Source: an uncultured Acidobacteriota bacterium (GTDB taxonomy: Bacteria > Acidobacteriota > Thermoanaerobaculia > UBA5066). From it: 64,000 nucleotides of DNA. Under the pieces are notes generated by a model, which did not search any database, was not told the origin of the DNA, and saw only the letters and a program-made list of their open reading frames with translations. The position numbers and the translations under genes were made by a program. Positions within the stretch are counted from its first letter, which is position 1. Each line of letters begins with the position of its first letter. Location of the stretch: contig CAVZYA010000001.1 of the NCBI GenBank assembly GCA_963779415.1, positions 736,001 to 800,000 on the forward strand, given 5' to 3'. Shown piece by piece: positions 1 to 11,440 of this stretch.

Positions 1-14
1 AATCGCAACTCGGC

Positions 15-212
15 GCTGAGTTCCTCAACACATCAACAGTTCGCGAAAAAGCCCGGCAGGCCGAGCATCTTAAAGGTTTGGCCGTTGAGACCGTAGAAAT
101 ACTCAACTACGACCGGAATGAACTTCATCATCGCCATTGGCGTGTTGATACTCCAAGTTATTCCTTATGAATTACTTATGACATTTCGCCGCAGGTTGGC
201 TCAGGTAATGCA
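15..212 (+). promoter_or_regulatory. Putative sigma54 promoter with IHF-like site and candidate upstream activator sites
   Basis: TTGGCTCAGGTAATGCA at 196-212 has GG-N10-GC spacing. TATGAATTACTTA at 166-178 is one mismatch from IHF WATCAANNNNTTR. Related dyads GCTGAG-N3-CTCAAC (15-29) and GTAGAA-N3-CTCAAC (93-107). A sigma54 activator gene follows the operon. Confidence 0.6.
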
Positions 213-238
213 CTTACCGGGCTGCCATGAGAAACCCG

Positions 239-484
239 ATGACCTGCCCGTACCTGAAGGAAGTCGTAATGCTCTATTGCGACGCCTGCCCCTTCAAGAA
301 GATGGTCCCACTGGACCATCTGGTCTCGACGAGCCCCTGCCTGGCGCAGGACTTTCGATCTTGCCGGCATTTCATCGAGGCGATTGCAACGGCCGCTGCC
401 GCCGTGGCAGCCGCTGCGGGGAAGGAGCCTTCGAACCCGCGCTCCGCTCCCTTTACTCCGTCGAAGGAGGTGAACCCGTCATGA
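239..484 (+). CDS. Small Cys-rich protein (C-x10-C-x2-C-x16-C-x7-C), possibly metal or Fe-S binding
   Basis: MTCPYLKEVVMLYCDACPFKKM...CLAQDFRSC; GC3-rich codons; stop overlaps the next ATG (ATGA); alternative start at 227. Confidence 0.7.
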   Translation: MTCPYLKEVVMLYCDACPFKKMVPLDHLVSTSPCLAQDFRSCRHFIEAIATAAAAVAAAAGKEPSNPRSAPFTPSKEVNPS

Positions 485-588
485 TCGCCGCCTTTCCTCT
501 CGCGATTCTCGCGCTCCTGATGCTGGGCTTCCTCCACGTGGCCGCGCGCCCCCACAAGAGACACCTCACCCGCGGATACGCCGGGTGA
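481..588 (+). CDS. 35-aa single-TM microprotein
   Basis: Strong RBS AAGGAGGT upstream; MIAAFPLAILALLMLGFLHVAA hydrophobic helix then a basic tail; overlaps the upstream stop. Confidence 0.55.
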   Translation: MIAAFPLAILALLMLGFLHVAARPHKRHLTRGYAG

Positions 589-602
589 CAGGAGTGATCG
601 AG

Positions 603-1496
603 ATGTCTTTCGACCGACGACAGATCCTGAAACTCGCGGCGGCAGCCGGCGCGGCGGCCGCGTTGCCCGGCCCGGACGCCGAGGCGGCCCTCGCGCGTCC
701 GTCCAAGGACGCCCGCGCGGTCCTCGTCGACACGACGAACTGCGTCGGCTGCCGTACCTGCGAGATGGCCTGCGCGGAGGCCAACAAGCTTCCCGACCCT
801 GAGAGCGACGTGGACTTCGGATCGCTCCGGACGACGGGGCCAGACCAGTTCACCGTCGTCAACCAGGGGACCATGAAGAGCCCCGGCGGAGACGACCGGT
901 TCGCGAAGACCCAGTGCATGCACTGCGTCGAGCCGGCCTGTGCCTCGGGCTGCGTCGTCCGCGCCCTCGAGAAGACGCCGGGCGGCCCGGTCGTCTACCA
1001 CGCGGACCGTTGCCTCGGCTGCCGGTACTGCATGGTCGTCTGCCCGTTCGGAGTCCCGAAATACCAGTACTCGAAGGCCGCCCCGATCGTCCGGAAATGT
1101 ACGTTCTGCGCCGAGCGACAGGCGGAAGGGAAGCCCCCGGCGTGCGCGGAGGCCTGTCCCAACAACGCGCTCGTCTTCGGCAGGCGCGCCGACCTCCTCG
1201 AGGAGGCCCGGCGCCGCATCTGGGGAAACCCCGGAAAGTACGTTCCGAAGATCTACGGCGAGGAGGAAGCCGGCGGGACGAGCTGGCTCTACATCAGCGA
1301 CGTCCCGCTCGAGACGCTCCGCCTCCCGCAGGACGTCGTGAAGTCCACCTATCCCGAGATGGCGGACCGCGCTCTCTCGGCCGTCCCCTTCGTCATCACC
1401 CTCTGGCCCCCTCTCCTGATGGGGCTCTGGGCGGCGAGCAAGCGGAACAAGAAGCTGACGGCCACCGGGACGGCACGCGAGGGAGACCATGAGTGA
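603..1496 (+). CDS. Tat-exported 4Fe-4S protein, HybA/HmcB/NrfC-like
   Basis: DRRQILK twin-arginine leader; CVGCRTCEMAC, CMHCVEPACASGC, CLGCRYCMVVC, KCTFC...PACAEACP; YGEEEAGGTSWLY; C-terminal TM. Confidence 0.92.
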   Translation: MSFDRRQILKLAAAAGAAAALPGPDAEAALARPSKDARAVLVDTTNCVGCRTCEMACAEANKLPDPESDVDFGSLRTTGPDQFTVVNQGTMKSPGGDDRFAKTQCMHCVEPACASGCVVRALEKTPGGPVVYHADRCLGCRYCMVVCPFGVPKYQYSKAAPIVRKCTFCAERQAEGKPPACAEACPNNALVFGRRADLLEEARRRIWGNPGKYVPKIYGEEEAGGTSWLYISDVPLETLRLPQDVVKSTYPEMADRALSAVPFVITLWPPLLMGLWAASKRNKKLTATGTAREGDHE

Positions 1497-2718
1497 GAAC
1501 GTCGTCCCCGCGGGAACGGGCGGCTTCTCCGTCGTTCGCGAAAAGCTCCTCCTCGGCCTCACGCCGAGGGAGTACCTCCGGAGCCTCCTGACGCCCGCCA
1601 ACATCCTGATCACCGCGATTCTCGCGGCCGGGATCCCCTGCCTCGTCCTCCGCTTCGCTAAAGGGCTGGGCGCCGTCACGAATCTCTCGCAGTCCTACCC
1701 GTGGGGCCTCTGGGTCGCCTTCGACGTCATCAGCGGCGTCGCGCTGGCGGCCGGCGGCTACACGGTGGCCTGCGCCGTCTTCATCTTCGGCCAGAAGCTC
1801 TATCTCCCCGTCCTTAGGGCCGCGATCCTGACGGGCTTCCTCGGCTATGTCCTCGTCCTCGTCGGCCTCATCGTCGACCTCGGCCAGCCGTGGCGCCTCC
1901 CCTACCAGTTCTTCCTGACGCCCGGCACGACGGCGGTGATGTACGAGGTCGGCTGGTGCGTCTTCCTCTACCTGATCGTCCTCGCCCTCGAGTTCGCCCC
2001 GACGGCCCTGGAGTGGCTGGGCCTCGACAAGCTGCGCAGGATCCTCGGCCGGGTGACGATCGCCATCATCGTCCTCGGCGTCACTCTCTCGACGCTCCAC
2101 CAGTCCTCCCTCGGAGCCTTCTTCCTGATGGCCCCGGGCAAGCTCCACCCGCTCTGGTATTCGCCATACCTCCCCGTCTTCTTCTTCATCTCCAGCATCG
2201 CGGCGGGGATCGGGATGGTGATCTTCGAGAGCACGGTGTCGCACCGGGTCTTCCAGGACCGCCTCGAGCCGAAAGCGCACGTCGACATCGACGGCATCAC
2301 CCTCGGGCTCTCGCGGGCCGGCGCTCTCGTCCTCTTCGCCTACTTCTTCATCCGGCTGCAGGGCCTCGCCGGCTCGGGCCGCTGGGACCTCCTCGCGACG
2401 GGCTGGGGCGCCTGGTGGGGCCTCGAGATGTTCGGCTTCGTCCTCCTGCCGTCGCTCCTCTTCGCGAACGCCGTGCGTCTCGCCGACGTGAAGCTCGCCC
2501 GGATCGCGGCCGTCCTGACGGTTCTCGGCGTCCTCCTGAACCGCTTCAACGTCTCCCTCATCGCGTTCAACTGGACGCTCCCGAACCGCTACGTGCCGGC
2601 CGCCGCGGAAGTCCTGATCTCCCTGACGATCGTCACGATCGGCGTCGTCATCTTCCGCTGGATCGTCAACCGGATGCCGGTCCTCGCCGGGCACCTCGAC
2701 CAGCGCGGTTCGCACTGA
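1489..2718 (+). CDS. NrfD/PsrC-family quinone-interacting membrane subunit, HybB/HmcC-like
   Basis: YPWGLWVAFDV..GVALAAGG, DLGQPWR, LSTLHQSSLG, KLHPLW, LNRFNV; about 10 TM helices. Confidence 0.92.
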   Translation: MSENVVPAGTGGFSVVREKLLLGLTPREYLRSLLTPANILITAILAAGIPCLVLRFAKGLGAVTNLSQSYPWGLWVAFDVISGVALAAGGYTVACAVFIFGQKLYLPVLRAAILTGFLGYVLVLVGLIVDLGQPWRLPYQFFLTPGTTAVMYEVGWCVFLYLIVLALEFAPTALEWLGLDKLRRILGRVTIAIIVLGVTLSTLHQSSLGAFFLMAPGKLHPLWYSPYLPVFFFISSIAAGIGMVIFESTVSHRVFQDRLEPKAHVDIDGITLGLSRAGALVLFAYFFIRLQGLAGSGRWDLLATGWGAWWGLEMFGFVLLPSLLFANAVRLADVKLARIAAVLTVLGVLLNRFNVSLIAFNWTLPNRYVPAAAEVLISLTIVTIGVVIFRWIVNRMPVLAGHLDQRGSH

Positions 2719-2728
2719 GGAGGCCGCC

Positions 2729-3409
2729 ATGAACGAATACGAGCTTCTCAGCCCGCACGCGACGAAGGCGATCGAATACGGCATCGCCATCGCCTACCTC
2801 CTCCTCTTCATCCCCTACTGGCGCCTCCTGAACGCTCCGTCCCGCTCCCGGGCGGCTTCCGGGTCCTGGCGGTTCGCGGAGTGGTTCTACGTCCCCGAAG
2901 GCATCTTCCTGCACAAGGGGCACGCCTGGGCGCGCCCCGAGCCCCCCGGCGTCGCCGTGGGCCTCGACGATTTCGTGCACGACTTCATCGGGACGATCGA
3001 GGCCGTCGACCTTCCCACCCCCGGCCAGAGGATCAAGCAGGGGCGCAAGGCCTTCGGCATCCGAGCGGGCGGGAAGAGCTTCGAGCTCCGCGCCCCCGTG
3101 AGCGGAACGGTGACCGGCGTGAACGAACGGGCGCTCGCCGATCCCGGCGGGCTTCACGCCGATCCCTACGGCGCGGGCTGGCTCTTCCGCGTGAAGCCGG
3201 ACCGACTCGATCCGAACCTGAAATCTCTCTTCTCGCGAGGGGCCGCGCGGAGGTTCCTCGCCGAGGCGACGGAGTCCCTCTACCTCGCCTTCCATCCCGA
3301 CGCCCTCTCGCTCGCGCAGGACGGCGGCCTCCTCGTCCACGGGATCGCCCGCGAGCTCGACCCGGAGCACTGGGACGACCTCGTCCGGTCGAGCCTTCTC
3401 ACGCGCTGA
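2729..3409 (+). CDS. Membrane-anchored glycine cleavage H-like protein with degenerate lipoyl motif
   Basis: HKGHAWAR, VGLDDF, APVSGTVTGVN, DPYGAGWL; N-terminal TM (TKAIEY...YWRLL); C-terminal AQDGG. Confidence 0.85.
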   Translation: MNEYELLSPHATKAIEYGIAIAYLLLFIPYWRLLNAPSRSRAASGSWRFAEWFYVPEGIFLHKGHAWARPEPPGVAVGLDDFVHDFIGTIEAVDLPTPGQRIKQGRKAFGIRAGGKSFELRAPVSGTVTGVNERALADPGGLHADPYGAGWLFRVKPDRLDPNLKSLFSRGAARRFLAEATESLYLAFHPDALSLAQDGGLLVHGIARELDPEHWDDLVRSSLLTR

Positions 3410-3426
3410 AGAAAAGGAGCTCTGCC

Positions 3427-4176
3427 ATGTCGACCCTCATCGAAATCTTCCAGGACGCCGCGATCTTCCTCGGCGGTCTCTCCGTGAGGCTCCTTTTCTT
3501 CCTCGCCGTGCTGGCCGTCTTCCTGATTCCGGTCCTCGCGGTCTTCTACTCCATCGAGGGGATCAAGACCCTCCGGAAGCGGAGCGACGGCAGCACGGAA
3601 GTCATCGGCGGTGTCCGGATCATCCCCCGCCGCCGCTACGCCCCGGGCCACGTGTGGCTCGGACGGCGCCTCCTCGGCGGGCTCCGGGTCGGCCTCGACG
3701 ACCTGGCCCAGCGGCTCTTCCCGAACCTCTCGGCCGTGGAGCTTCCGAAGCCGGGGCGCCTTCTGCGGAAGGGCGAGCCGGCCATCTACCTCCGCTCCGA
3801 AGAGCGCGAGGCGTGGATCCCGTCGCCGATCACGGGCCTCGTCGTCGCCGTCAATCACGCCGTCGAGCGGATGCCGGGGCTTATGAACGCGTCACCGTAC
3901 GGCGGCGGCTGGCTCTTCGCGATGCGCCCTGCGACGATCAGCTATCGCGAGTTTCCCACCGGATCGTCGGCCCGGACCTGGTTCCGGGCCGAGGAGGACC
4001 GCCTCCGGCATACGCTCGAGCATGAGCTCGGCCTTGCCCCGGCCGACGGCGGCCAGCTGATCGATCACCCCGCCACGCTTCTCCCGAACGATCGCTGGGA
4101 GCACGTCGTCACGTCGTTCCTCGGCGGGACCATTCCGAAAGTGGCCGAAGAGGGCCCGGAGAAGAACCCCGCTTAA
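3427..4176 (+). CDS. Second membrane-anchored GcvH-like protein, no lipoyl lysine
   Basis: PGHVWL, VGLDDLAQ, SPITGLVVAVN, SPYGGGWL, PADGG; N-terminal hydrophobic segment; RBS AAGGAG. Confidence 0.85.
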   Translation: MSTLIEIFQDAAIFLGGLSVRLLFFLAVLAVFLIPVLAVFYSIEGIKTLRKRSDGSTEVIGGVRIIPRRRYAPGHVWLGRRLLGGLRVGLDDLAQRLFPNLSAVELPKPGRLLRKGEPAIYLRSEEREAWIPSPITGLVVAVNHAVERMPGLMNASPYGGGWLFAMRPATISYREFPTGSSARTWFRAEEDRLRHTLEHELGLAPADGGQLIDHPATLLPNDRWEHVVTSFLGGTIPKVAEEGPEKNPA

Positions 4177-4210
4177 GAGGCCTCGCTGCACCCGCACTCA
4201 AGTACGCCGA

Positions 4211-4248
4211 CGTCATCGGCCGCGGAAGTTACTTCCGGGCCGATGACG
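4211..4248. repeat. Near-perfect inverted repeat (hairpin or protein-binding dyad)
   Basis: CGTCATCGGCC(G)CGGAAGT-T-ACTTCCGGGCCGATGACG; no U-tract. Confidence 0.55.
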
Positions 4249-4331
4249 GTCTTGGGCCGGCGTCGGCTTTTCGCCCACGCGGAGAGCCGGGTTACCATAG
4301 ATGTACGCCTCGGGAACAAGATGCTCCTACG

Positions 4332-5321
<990 letters not shown>

Positions 5322-5511
5322 GGAACGCCCCCCGCTTCCCTCACCACGTAAACCGGAGCGCCGGCGAACGCCCGTCGATCAGCAGACTGTAGAAATGGGA
5401 CCTGACCCTACTGAACGCTGGTGCTCTTCCTCCCGTTCGGCGCGTCCGTCGGCTCGCGTAGGATCCGGACCGGAGCCTCGAGCGAAGAGGAGCCCGGGAG
5501 GAGCGACGGAG

Positions 5512-5931
5512 ATGAAGAGGAACGCGGCCGAAGGCACCACGTCTCCTTCCCGCCTGATCGACGCGAGGATCAGGGAGCTGGGCGACTGGCGAGGGGAGAT
5601 GCTCAGCCGGCTCCGGTCCCTGATCAGGGAGGCCGACCCCGACGGCGTCGAAGAATGGAAGTGGAACGTCCCGGTCTGGTCGCACGACGGGATCCTCTGC
5701 ACGGGCGAGACGCACAAGAGCGTCGTGAAGCTGACCTTCGCCAGGGGGGCGGCCCTCGAGGACCCGTCGCGCCTCTTCAACTCGAGTCTCGGGGGAAACA
5801 CCCGGCGGGCCATCGATTTCCGCGAGGGAGAGAAGATCGACGGGAAGGCCCTGAAGGCCCTGGTCCGCGCCGCCGTGGCGCTGAACGGCATCGTCAAGCC
5901 GCCCAGGAAAGCGAGTGCCCGAAGGGGATGA
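5512..5931 (+). CDS. DUF1801 (YdhG-like) protein
   Basis: LGDWRGE, EEWKW.VPVWSHDG, KLTFARGA.L.DP. Confidence 0.85.
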   Translation: MKRNAAEGTTSPSRLIDARIRELGDWRGEMLSRLRSLIREADPDGVEEWKWNVPVWSHDGILCTGETHKSVVKLTFARGAALEDPSRLFNSSLGGNTRRAIDFREGEKIDGKALKALVRAAVALNGIVKPPRKASARRG

Positions 5932-5938
5932 GGACGTC

Positions 5939-6304
5939 ATGAGGATCCACTACCTCGAGATCGTCACGCGGGAGGTCGACGCCGTGTGCGGGGCCTATGC
6001 AGCCGCGAACGGCGTCCGATTCGGCGAGCCGGACCCGCGGCTTGGCAACGCGCGGACGGCCGAGCTCTCGGGAGGCGGCCTCGTGGGAGTCCGGGCGCCG
6101 CTGCACGAGTCGGAGCAGCCGGTCGTCCGCTCCTACTGGCTGGTCGACGACATCGAGGCGGCGTTCGGCGCGGCCTTGAAGGCCGGCGCCGAGGTCGCCC
6201 ACCCTCCGCTGGAGATCCCGGGCCTCGGATGGTTCGCGATCTACGCAAGGGGCGGAATCCACCACGGGCTCTGGCAGCTCTCCCGTCGCGGCGGCGAGGC
6301 CTGA
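5939..6304 (+). CDS. VOC/glyoxalase-family protein
   Basis: IHYLEIVT, YWLVDDIEAA, HPPLEIPG.G.FAIY, GLWQ. Confidence 0.8.
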   Translation: MRIHYLEIVTREVDAVCGAYAAANGVRFGEPDPRLGNARTAELSGGGLVGVRAPLHESEQPVVRSYWLVDDIEAAFGAALKAGAEVAHPPLEIPGLGWFAIYARGGIHHGLWQLSRRGGEA

Positions 6305-6369
6305 CCCGGGCGCGGCTCGGCGAGGTTCGGATGCGCCACCGCCCGGCCGGTATCATCCCATCCAGACCG

Positions 6370-6918
6370 ATGCCGACCTTCGTCGCTCTTCTGCGCGGCG
6401 TGAACGTGGGGGGCGCCAAGCGCGTGCCGATGGCGGAGCTGAAGAAGCTGCTCGAGGGGCTCGGTTATTCGGACGTCGTGACGCTGCTGAACAGCGGCAA
6501 CGCGGTCTTCCGCACCGCCGGCTCCCCCTCCCGGCTCGCCGCGACGATCGCCGGGGAGATTGAGGCGAAGATGGACGTCGAGGTGCCGGTCGTCGTCAAG
6601 TCGGCCGGGGAGCTTTCGGTCATCGTCTCGGAGAATCCCATTTCCGTGCCGGACGCGGATCAGGCCCGGCTCCTCGTCGCCTTTGCCCGGAACGCGGCCG
6701 CGCTCTCGACCCTTCGGCCCATCGGGTCGCTCGTCGCCCCTCCCGAGCGATTCGCCCTCGGCGCGCACGCGGCGTACCTCTACTCCCCCTTCGGAAGCCT
6801 GAAGAGCGAAGCGGGAAAGGCACTGCTCGGGAGGGCCGGCCGGGCCGCCACGACGCGAAACTGGAAGACGGTCCTGAAACTCCAGGAGCTCGCGGACTCC
6901 ATCGGCGGACGCCGCTGA
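6370..6918 (+). CDS. DUF1697 family protein
   Basis: VALLRGVNVGG, TLLNSGN, TTRNWKTV. Confidence 0.85.
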   Translation: MPTFVALLRGVNVGGAKRVPMAELKKLLEGLGYSDVVTLLNSGNAVFRTAGSPSRLAATIAGEIEAKMDVEVPVVVKSAGELSVIVSENPISVPDADQARLLVAFARNAAALSTLRPIGSLVAPPERFALGAHAAYLYSPFGSLKSEAGKALLGRAGRAATTRNWKTVLKLQELADSIGGRR

Positions 6919-6949
6919 GCCGGGAGCGCGTCAGCGCCCCCTGACGGAA

Positions 6950-7090
6950 ACCCGCGAGGCCTCGCGGGTACCCGCGCGTACAAGCAGCGGCCTCGCCCCC
7001 CCTCCGCCGGCGCCCGCCTCCGATTCCCCGCGCCAATCGACGATTCATCGTACAGCTTCCGATTGATTTCGAGCTGGCCGGGCGATTGCG
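6950..7090 (+). promoter_or_regulatory. Putative sigma54 promoter of the hydrogenase operon with upstream perfect palindrome
   Basis: TGGCCGGGCGATTGCG at 7075-7090 (GG-N10-GC with TTGC); 20-bp perfect palindrome ACCCGCGAGGCCTCGCGGGT at 6950-6969. Confidence 0.55.
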
Positions 7091-7108
7091 AAGTGTTCCG
7101 CAGCCAAC

Positions 7109-7369
7109 ATGCACGAACCTTCCGATACCCAGACGCTTCTGCTCCGGGGCGAGGTGATCGAGGTCTCCCAGAGGTCCGGGCGCCGCACTCTGACCGTGGC
7201 CCTCGAGCCCCACAGCCTCGTCGCGTCGAACGGAGTCCCCGAGGACACCCATCTGGGCGATCACGTGCGCGTCGAGGCCGAGATCCGCGTCGTCAACGTC
7301 GCCCCCGAGCTGCCGCCGGACCGCCGGGACGCCGGGTGGCGACGGGGCCGAAAAGTCGAGGAGGAGTGA
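7109..7369 (+). CDS. Hypothetical small beta-rich (OB/TOBE-like) protein
   Basis: Starts just after the promoter; stop overlaps the small-subunit ATG (TGATG). Confidence 0.55.
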   Translation: MHEPSDTQTLLLRGEVIEVSQRSGRRTLTVALEPHSLVASNGVPEDTHLGDHVRVEAEIRVVNVAPELPPDRRDAGWRRGRKVEEE

Positions 7370-8506
7370 TGAGCGACAAGAGGCTGACCATCTGGGAGCA
7401 GGCCCGGCTGAGCGGCTACTCGCGGCGCGATTTCGTGCAGTTCTGCAGATGGATGGCGGCGGCCGCGGGCATCGAGCATGGCGCCCTCGGCGCCGTCGTG
7501 AAGGCGATGGAGACCAAGCCGCCGCCTGCCCGTCGTCTGGTTCCACTTCCAGGAATGCACCTGCTGCAGCGAGTCGTTCATCCGGTCGTCTCACCCGATC
7601 GTGGCGCGACATCGTCCTGGACAAGATCTCGCTCGACTACACCGAGACGCTGCAGGCCGCGGCCGGCGCACCAGGCCGAGGAGGCACTTCACGACACGAT
7701 GAAGAAGTACAAGGGGCAGTACCTGATGCTCGTCGAGGGGTCGGTCCCGACCGCCGACGGCGGCGTCTACTGCTGCATCGCGGGACGGACCGCACTCGAC
7801 ATCGTGAAGGAGGCGGCGGCCGACGCCAAGGCCATCGTCGCGTGGGGCAAGCTGCGCGTCGAACGGCTGCATCCAGGCCGCCAGCCCGAACCCGACGAGC
7901 GCCACGCCGGTCCACGAGATCATCATCGGGCAAGCCGATCATCAACGTCCCCGGCTGCCCGCCGATCGCCGAGGTGATGGCGGGGACGATCGTCCACCTC
8001 CTCGCCTTCGACCGCATCCCGCAGCTCGACGGCCTCGGCCGGCCGAAGGCGTTCTACTCGCGGCGGGTCCACGACACCTGCTACCGCCGGCCGAACTACG
8101 ACGCCGGGCTCTTCGTCGAGTCGTTCGACGACGAGAACGCCAGGCGCGGCTACTGCCTCTACAAGATGGGCTGCCGCGGCCCGGTGACCTACAACTCGTG
8201 CGGCGTCATCCGCTGGAACAACGGCGTCAGCTACCCGATCCAGTCGGGGCACGGCTGCATCGGCTGCAGCGAGGCGAAGTTCTGGGACAACGGCCCCTTC
8301 TACCGCCATCTCCCGAACTTCCCGGGCTTCGGCATCGAGACGACGGCCGACAAGGTCGGCATCGCCGTCGGGGCGGCCGCGGCCGTCGGGCATCGCGGCC
8401 CATGCCGTGACCACGAACGTCGGCAAGCGCAAGCAGATCCGCCAGGGCATCGAGAGGAGCGACCGGTCACCCGAAGACGTGACCGGTCCGCACAAGGGAG
8501 GACGCC

Positions 8507-8510
<4 letters not shown>
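7369..8510 (+). CDS. hyaA: [NiFe] hydrogenase small subunit, several frameshifts (probably sequencing errors); 3' end approximate
   Basis: SRRDFVQF Tat motif; read across frames: [46 protein letters not shown]; C-terminal TM. Confidence 0.9.
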
Positions 8511-10246
<1,736 letters not shown>

Positions 10247-10257
10247 GGGAGGCGCCC

Positions 10258-10945
10258 ATGAGGCAACGACGACGATCCGGCGCGTCTACGTCTGGGAGCT
10301 GCCGGTCCGCCTCTACCACTGGGTGAACGCGCTCTGCGTGGTCGTGCTCTGCGTCGACCGGCTACCTCATCGGCAGCCGCTCGCGATCCGAGCGCGCGCG
10401 CGAGGCGTCGTTCAGCTACTGGTTCGGCACCGTCCGGTTCATCCACTTCGTGGCCGCGTTCGTGTTCTTCTTCAACTTCGTCGTCCGCATCTACTGGGGC
10501 TTCGTCGGCAACCATGGTCACGCTGGCCAACTTCCTCCCCTTCCGCAGGCCCAGCGTCCGCGAGGCCGTCGAGGTGCTGAAGGTCGACATCCTCCAGGCC
10601 AACGCGTCGAAGCCGATCGAGTCGGTCGGGCACAACGCCGCTCGCCGGGTTCACCTACTTCCTGACCTTCCTGGCGTTCCTGTTCCAGAGTCGTGACGCG
10701 GGTTCGGCCTGTACGCCGCGATGAGCAAGTCGTGGCTGCCGCAGCCTGTTCGCCTGGATCGTGCCGCTGATGGGAGGCGATTTCGCGGTGCGGCAGTGGC
10801 ACCACATGACATGTGGTTCTTCATCGTCTTCGCGATGGTCCACGTCTACCTCGTCTTCTACCACGACTACGTCGAGGGGCGCGGCGTCATCTCGTCGATG
10901 GCGGGCGGGTGGAAGTTCGTCGAGAGGCCGGCGGAGAAGCCGTGA
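10258..10945 (+). CDS. hyaC: Hydrogenase cytochrome b subunit, frameshifted
   Basis: [56 protein letters not shown]. Confidence 0.88.
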
Positions 10946-11421
10946 GCGGGGACCGGCCGGCGGAGAGTGCCCGGCCGGTCCTGGTCCTGGGCGTCGGGAA
11001 CGTCCTTCTCGGCGACGAGGGGGCGGGTATTCACGCCGTGCGCCGGCTGGAGGAGGAAGAATGGCCGCCGCACGTGACCCTTCTCGACGGCGGAACGGGG
11101 GGCTTCCACCTCCTCTCGCTCTTCCAGGAGTACGAGCGAATCGTCCTCATCGATGCCACCATGGACGGCAAGCCCCCCGGCACCGTCCGGATCATCCGCC
11201 CCCGATTCGCCTCGGACTACCCGAAGACCCTCAGTGCCCACGACATCGGCCTGAAGGATCTCGTCGAGTCGGCCGCGCTGCTCGGCCACACCCCCGATGT
11301 CGTCCTGATCGTCGTCTCCGTCGAGACGCTTCCCGAGGGCCTCCGCGCCGAGCTGAGCCCCGAAGTCGCCGCCTCCCTCCCCCGCGTCGCGGAATTGGTG
11401 CGGGAGGTGGTGGAGACGTGA
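10942..11421 (+). CDS. hyaD: Hydrogenase maturation protease
   Basis: LVLGVGNVLLGDEGAG, LDGGTGG, LIDA, SAHDIGL. Confidence 0.9.
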   Translation: MSGDRPAESARPVLVLGVGNVLLGDEGAGIHAVRRLEEEEWPPHVTLLDGGTGGFHLLSLFQEYERIVLIDATMDGKPPGTVRIIRPRFASDYPKTLSAHDIGLKDLVESAALLGHTPDVVLIVVSVETLPEGLRAELSPEVAASLPRVAELVREVVET

Positions 11422-11440
11422 GAGTCTCCGAAGGACCAAA

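Noticed and set aside
118-588. 156-aa ORF spanning the promoter
   Set aside because: Overlaps the sigma54 box and the Cys-rich gene; only its last 35 codons have an RBS and look real
2729-4176. True glycine cleavage system
   Set aside because: No lipoyl Lys at the canonical site, TM anchors present, no gcvP/T/L in the window
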